Assembly: GCA_964016885.1 (NCBI GenBank)
Contig: OZ024760.1
Coordinates: 33,666,001-33,730,000, forward strand
Length of the DNA stretch: 64,000 nucleotides
From: Eledone cirrhosa
Taxonomy: Eukaryota
Reading direction: 5' to 3'
Shown here: one piece after another, positions 59,522-64,000 of the stretch
How the letters are laid out: each line of letters starts with the position of its first letter
How positions within the stretch are numbered: the first letter of the stretch is position 1
The notes under the pieces: model-generated
Told to the model about the DNA's origin: nothing
The model's input: only the letters and a program-made list of their open reading frames with translations
Database searches by the model: none
Program-made: the position numbers and the translations under genes

Positions 59522-59593
<72 letters not shown>

Positions 59594-59722
59594 TGTGTGT
59601 TTATTTATGTACATATATATATATATGTGTGTACATATATATATATATAAATATATATAAATATATATATACAAATATAAATATATATATATAAATATAA
59701 ATATATATAAATATAAATATAT

Positions 59723-59753
<31 letters not shown>

Positions 59754-59788
59754 AATATGTATATATATATATATATATAAATATAAAT

Positions 59789-59821
<33 letters not shown>

Positions 59822-59827
59822 TAAATA

Positions 59828-59895
<68 letters not shown>

Positions 59896-60255
59896 CGTAC
59901 ATAGACACGCACAATCAGACAGACACACACACGCGTATATATATATATACACATACATAGATACATACATATATATAGTATATGCATATCACAGACATAT
60001 ACTTGTTAAGCGCTGACTAATCGATAGAATCGGGGATATATTTAAAAGGAGGTTTCACTAGCTAGTTTATCTTTTCGGTTTATCTTTTCGGTTTATCTCT
60101 ACGAAACGAAAGGCTTGTTTATTTGAGAAACCCCACAGTATGTCATCAATAATAAAGTTGTTACTTATTTCGTGTGGACTCTTTGCCACAACTCAGGCTA
60201 CATGTAAGTAAAATGTTTTTATTTAAACACTATTTATTTCGGAGTTATACACGTC

Positions 60256-60360
60256 TGGCAAATGACTTGATCTGAGACCGTGTGTTGTATATGTTTGGCA
60301 AATGACTTGATCTGAGACCGTGTGCTGTGTATGTATGCCAAGTGACTTGATCTGAGACTG
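60256..60360. repeat. Three copies of a ~40-bp unit (ggcaaatgacttgatctgagaccgtgtg...)
   Basis: Directly visible. Confidence 0.85.
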
Positions 60361-61398
60361 TTTATTAAAACTAAAACAATCTCTGCGTGTAAGAATAGTT
60401 CTAGACATATATTTTTCTCTTTAACAGAAACGAAACAATGCAAACATCTCTTTATTATTTTTTTCAGGCCCTAGCAGCTGTTCTTCACCAATTTATGATT
60501 GCACAGAAAAGTTCCCTGATTGTCTTTCAAAAGGCCCAACCGTTGTATGTATGGACAAAGGGCAATTTCATTGCGTTCTACCAGTTAAGCGCGGTGGTCC
60601 CTTATGTAAGTAATATTATTTTAGCTTTGCTGGCAATTTGTCGTTTCAACCAGGCCTGATACTTTCATAAATGTTGGAGGTGGGATTCAATATTTTGAAT
60701 ATACAAAAATCTTTACTGAGGCCCCACTCCAACTGTAGGTTTGTTAGGCGGCTGTTAACTCATTATTGAGTTTAACCACCCCTGTTTTTTTTATCTACAT
60801 ACCCTTCACATATCAGGATGGAACCCTAGAGTGACGTTGCTGGTTTTATAGCCAACAACCCTACCATGAAACCCTAAGTAATGGTGTAAAGGGTAACCAT
60901 ACACATCCCTCTATCCCTCTCTCTCTCTCTCTCTCCCTCTCTCTCTCTCTCTCACTCTCTCACACTCTCTCTCTCTCTTTCTCTCTCTCTCTCAACACAA
61001 GAGCAAGAATGACGGAGTCATTCTACTGACATTGCTTTAAGAGGCTATTTGCATAATTGCAAACGAATCGAATAATATTTTTAATATTCGTAAAAGGGCA
61101 GCGGATTTGTAGTATCGGTAGGGCGTCGGACACCATGCTTTGCAGCATAGAGTTACGGCCCTTTATGATCTGAGTTCAAATCCCGCCGAGGTTAACTTTG
61201 CCTTTCACCCTTACGGGGTCGATAAAATAAAGTACCAGTCACGTACTGGGGTCGATTTATTCAACTTTCCCCTCCCAAAAAATGTCTGGCCTTGTGCCTA
61301 TATAAGAAACCATTATTAATATTCGAAAAACTCAGATTACATTTATTGTATTCAGCCATGTAGAGCGATAAACTATTTGTTTGTAATATATATATATA

Positions 61399-61431
<33 letters not shown>

Positions 61432-61994
61432 AGAGAGAAGGTGAAGTTGGAAATAACACGGAAAATATATTTTGGGGTCTGTTTCTCTTTTTTGAGTGCT
61501 CCAGTCCACTTCTGAGCAAGGAAGATGGGAAAAATACTTACTCCAACACTTAATTTTAAATCTTTAATTTTTAGTTTTTAATTCCTATTAATTCTTTTTA
61601 AATGTAAAACTCAACATTTGATAAGGTGAATTTTAATAATACATCGAAACCGGTAATACTTTACATACTTTATATACATTATAAAACTCTTTTTTAAAAG
61701 AATTGTCCCTCTCATTCTTTCAATATTGTCATCTTTTCAAAAATGTCACTTTGACGAATCAAAGAAAAACAGAAAAACAGACCCTAAAATATATTTTCCG
61801 TGTTATTTCCAACTTCACCTTTTCTCTATATCCCCTGTTTTGTATAGAACCTTATTTCTCTGTTCTAATATAGCGTCCAAAACGTTAAGACCCTCTTCCT
61901 GCTATATCAAGCGTTAACCTAATATATACCTTCCATATACTGTACCGATTGTGTTGTTATTTCTGTTTACCTTTTACACACACACACACACATA

Positions 61995-62049
<55 letters not shown>

Positions 62050-62835
62050 ACACATATATATATAGTGTCTGATTGGTTAGAGAACTGGATTCACAATCGT
62101 GAGGTTGTTAGTTCGATTCCTGGACCAGGCGATGCGTTATGTCCTTGAGCAAGACACTTTATTTCACGTTGCTCCTTCTAACTGGAGTTGCGACCGATAG
62201 ATAGTATTAGCAATTGGAAAGACCAACGGAAACATTGTTTCCTCGGTCCACTCCCTCAATATGTTTTATATACTACCCTCTACTCTCTACTTCACCCTCA
62301 TCCGCGTACACACCACACTTATCCCTTTCTTTCTCCTTTTCTTTCTCGTTGTATTCTTAATCTTATTTTATAATTTACTTTAATTTTTTTTTTCCTTTGT
62401 TCCGACCATCTGACCAACACAATCCCTCTGTTCCTCTTTCGTATCCTTTCATCCCCGCGTCCGATATCGCTTCTACTCATCCCTGCAATCTCACCCAGCA
62501 CCCTCACATCACCACATAAACGCTAAATTGCCTACAAAACACCACACCTTCACAACTTCCACCAAGCAATGCTTCCCCTTCACCACCATCTCTCTTTCAC
62601 CATCGCTTCATTATAATTCTCCCCCTCACCTATCACACATAACCAAAACATTCCTTCTAGCAAAACCACCTATCAAAACGAACTAAAACTGACCGCCATG
62701 TATGAATGTAAATCGTTATATACTGTTTCAAAGCCTTAAGAGGTTCATTCTGTCATTACCACAACAGCCGACGAGATTTTGATTCCAGAGTCTCTACTCA
62801 ATAAACGCAATGAAGACCTAACAAATCGTCTTTTT

Positions 62836-62935
<100 letters not shown>

Positions 62936-62996
62936 ATATATATATGTCTTATGGTAGCTAGGATCCGTCCATAGGCGGTATGCCGGTTGTGTGTGC

Positions 62997-63027
<31 letters not shown>

Positions 63028-63531
63028 CTATAAAGTATGTCCATAGAATCATTTGATAATATATATACACCATTTCCTCTCACAATAAGCATAATCAACC
63101 ACACAAAAAACCAATTGAACCAGGCTATAAGATTAAAATGCATCTATGAAGAAATAGTAGATAAATAAACGACAGCAATCTATTCGCGATCAACCGCTAT
63201 TTGAATATTTACCCAACATTTCAATAGCATGTGTCAACCATACACAATTAGGTATAACATTAAAGTTAGAAAAAAAAATGCATATACACATACCAGGATT
63301 ACGTTTCTACCGCTTATATATATAAAGAATGCAACCATTACTGTTGGAAGCTCCCAGAGCTTCCAACAGTAATGGTTGCATTCTTTAAGGGTATGTCAAT
63401 ATTTATTTATAAAACTGCTCTATATTATATTTTATCTGATGAAAGCACACCATAATTTAACTTGGTGTCCTTGAAATATGTATAATGAAATAAATATGGT
63501 TTTATAAATATAGTTTCCATTTGTTAATATC

Positions 63532-63593
<62 letters not shown>

Positions 63594-63844
63594 ACAAATA
63601 AAGATTCAGCGAGAGTCGCATTTTCGGCGGGCAGGAAAAAAAAAGCGAAGCGAAACGCAAATATATATATATAAAGAATTAGTATATCTAGTAACATATA
63701 TATACACACAGATGCATACTTATGCTAGCAAATATATAGGTTTTGTCTTAGTAACTTTGTAGTTCAATGCATGGGGTTGCAGAACAATAATATGAGAGAC
63801 GTAAAATAAGAAAATTATAAAATTAACTTACTTACTAAAATTTC

Positions 63845-63927
63845 ACTCCCAACTAATTAGTTTCTGAAAGGGAATAAACATACTTTCCGAAGAAGTGTAC
63901 AGAGAAGCCTTTCGTCATCAGGGAAGT
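63845..63927 (-). ncRNA. Type I hammerhead with 50-nt stem II region
   Basis: acttcc CTGATGA C-GAAAGG...CCTTTC-A GAAA CTA-at-TAG TT gggagt. Confidence 0.8.
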
Positions 63928-64000
63928 CTATTCTCAGCTAAGTTTCCAGGCAATACGTGGACACTGGGAACTTATACAAAAATAATTCAGTGGATAGAAA

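Overview
AT-rich, microsatellite-saturated animal DNA; the SINE types and repeat landscape suggest a coleoid cephalopod (octopus-like), which is an inference. The left half holds the 5' part of a minus-strand gene: 13 phase-consistent coding exons (29577 down to 751) encoding signal peptide, C-type lectin, LDLa, three CUB and two Sushi domains, an uninflatable-like architecture that probably continues past the window start. The rest is transposable elements: two large Penelope-like elements (PLEs; one Naiad-like, one Neptune-like), RTE, Tx1/L1-like and R4/Dong-like LINE fragments, a deleted Helitron, mariner remnants and two SINE families. Main result from reading the non-coding DNA by eye: about 30 type I hammerhead ribozyme folds from about 15 unrelated sequence families. 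Most lie in 'tail-out' inverted pairs bounded by (TA)n tracts. Several have non-canonical cores (U4A, U4C, 10.1-11.1 mismatch, NUU sites) or very long stem II (48-116 nt), and one family shows clear covariation. The Neptune-like PLE has a T TTT TTA heptamer placed for a -1 frameshift between ORF1 and RT. All folds and alignments are manual; no activity is demonstrated.
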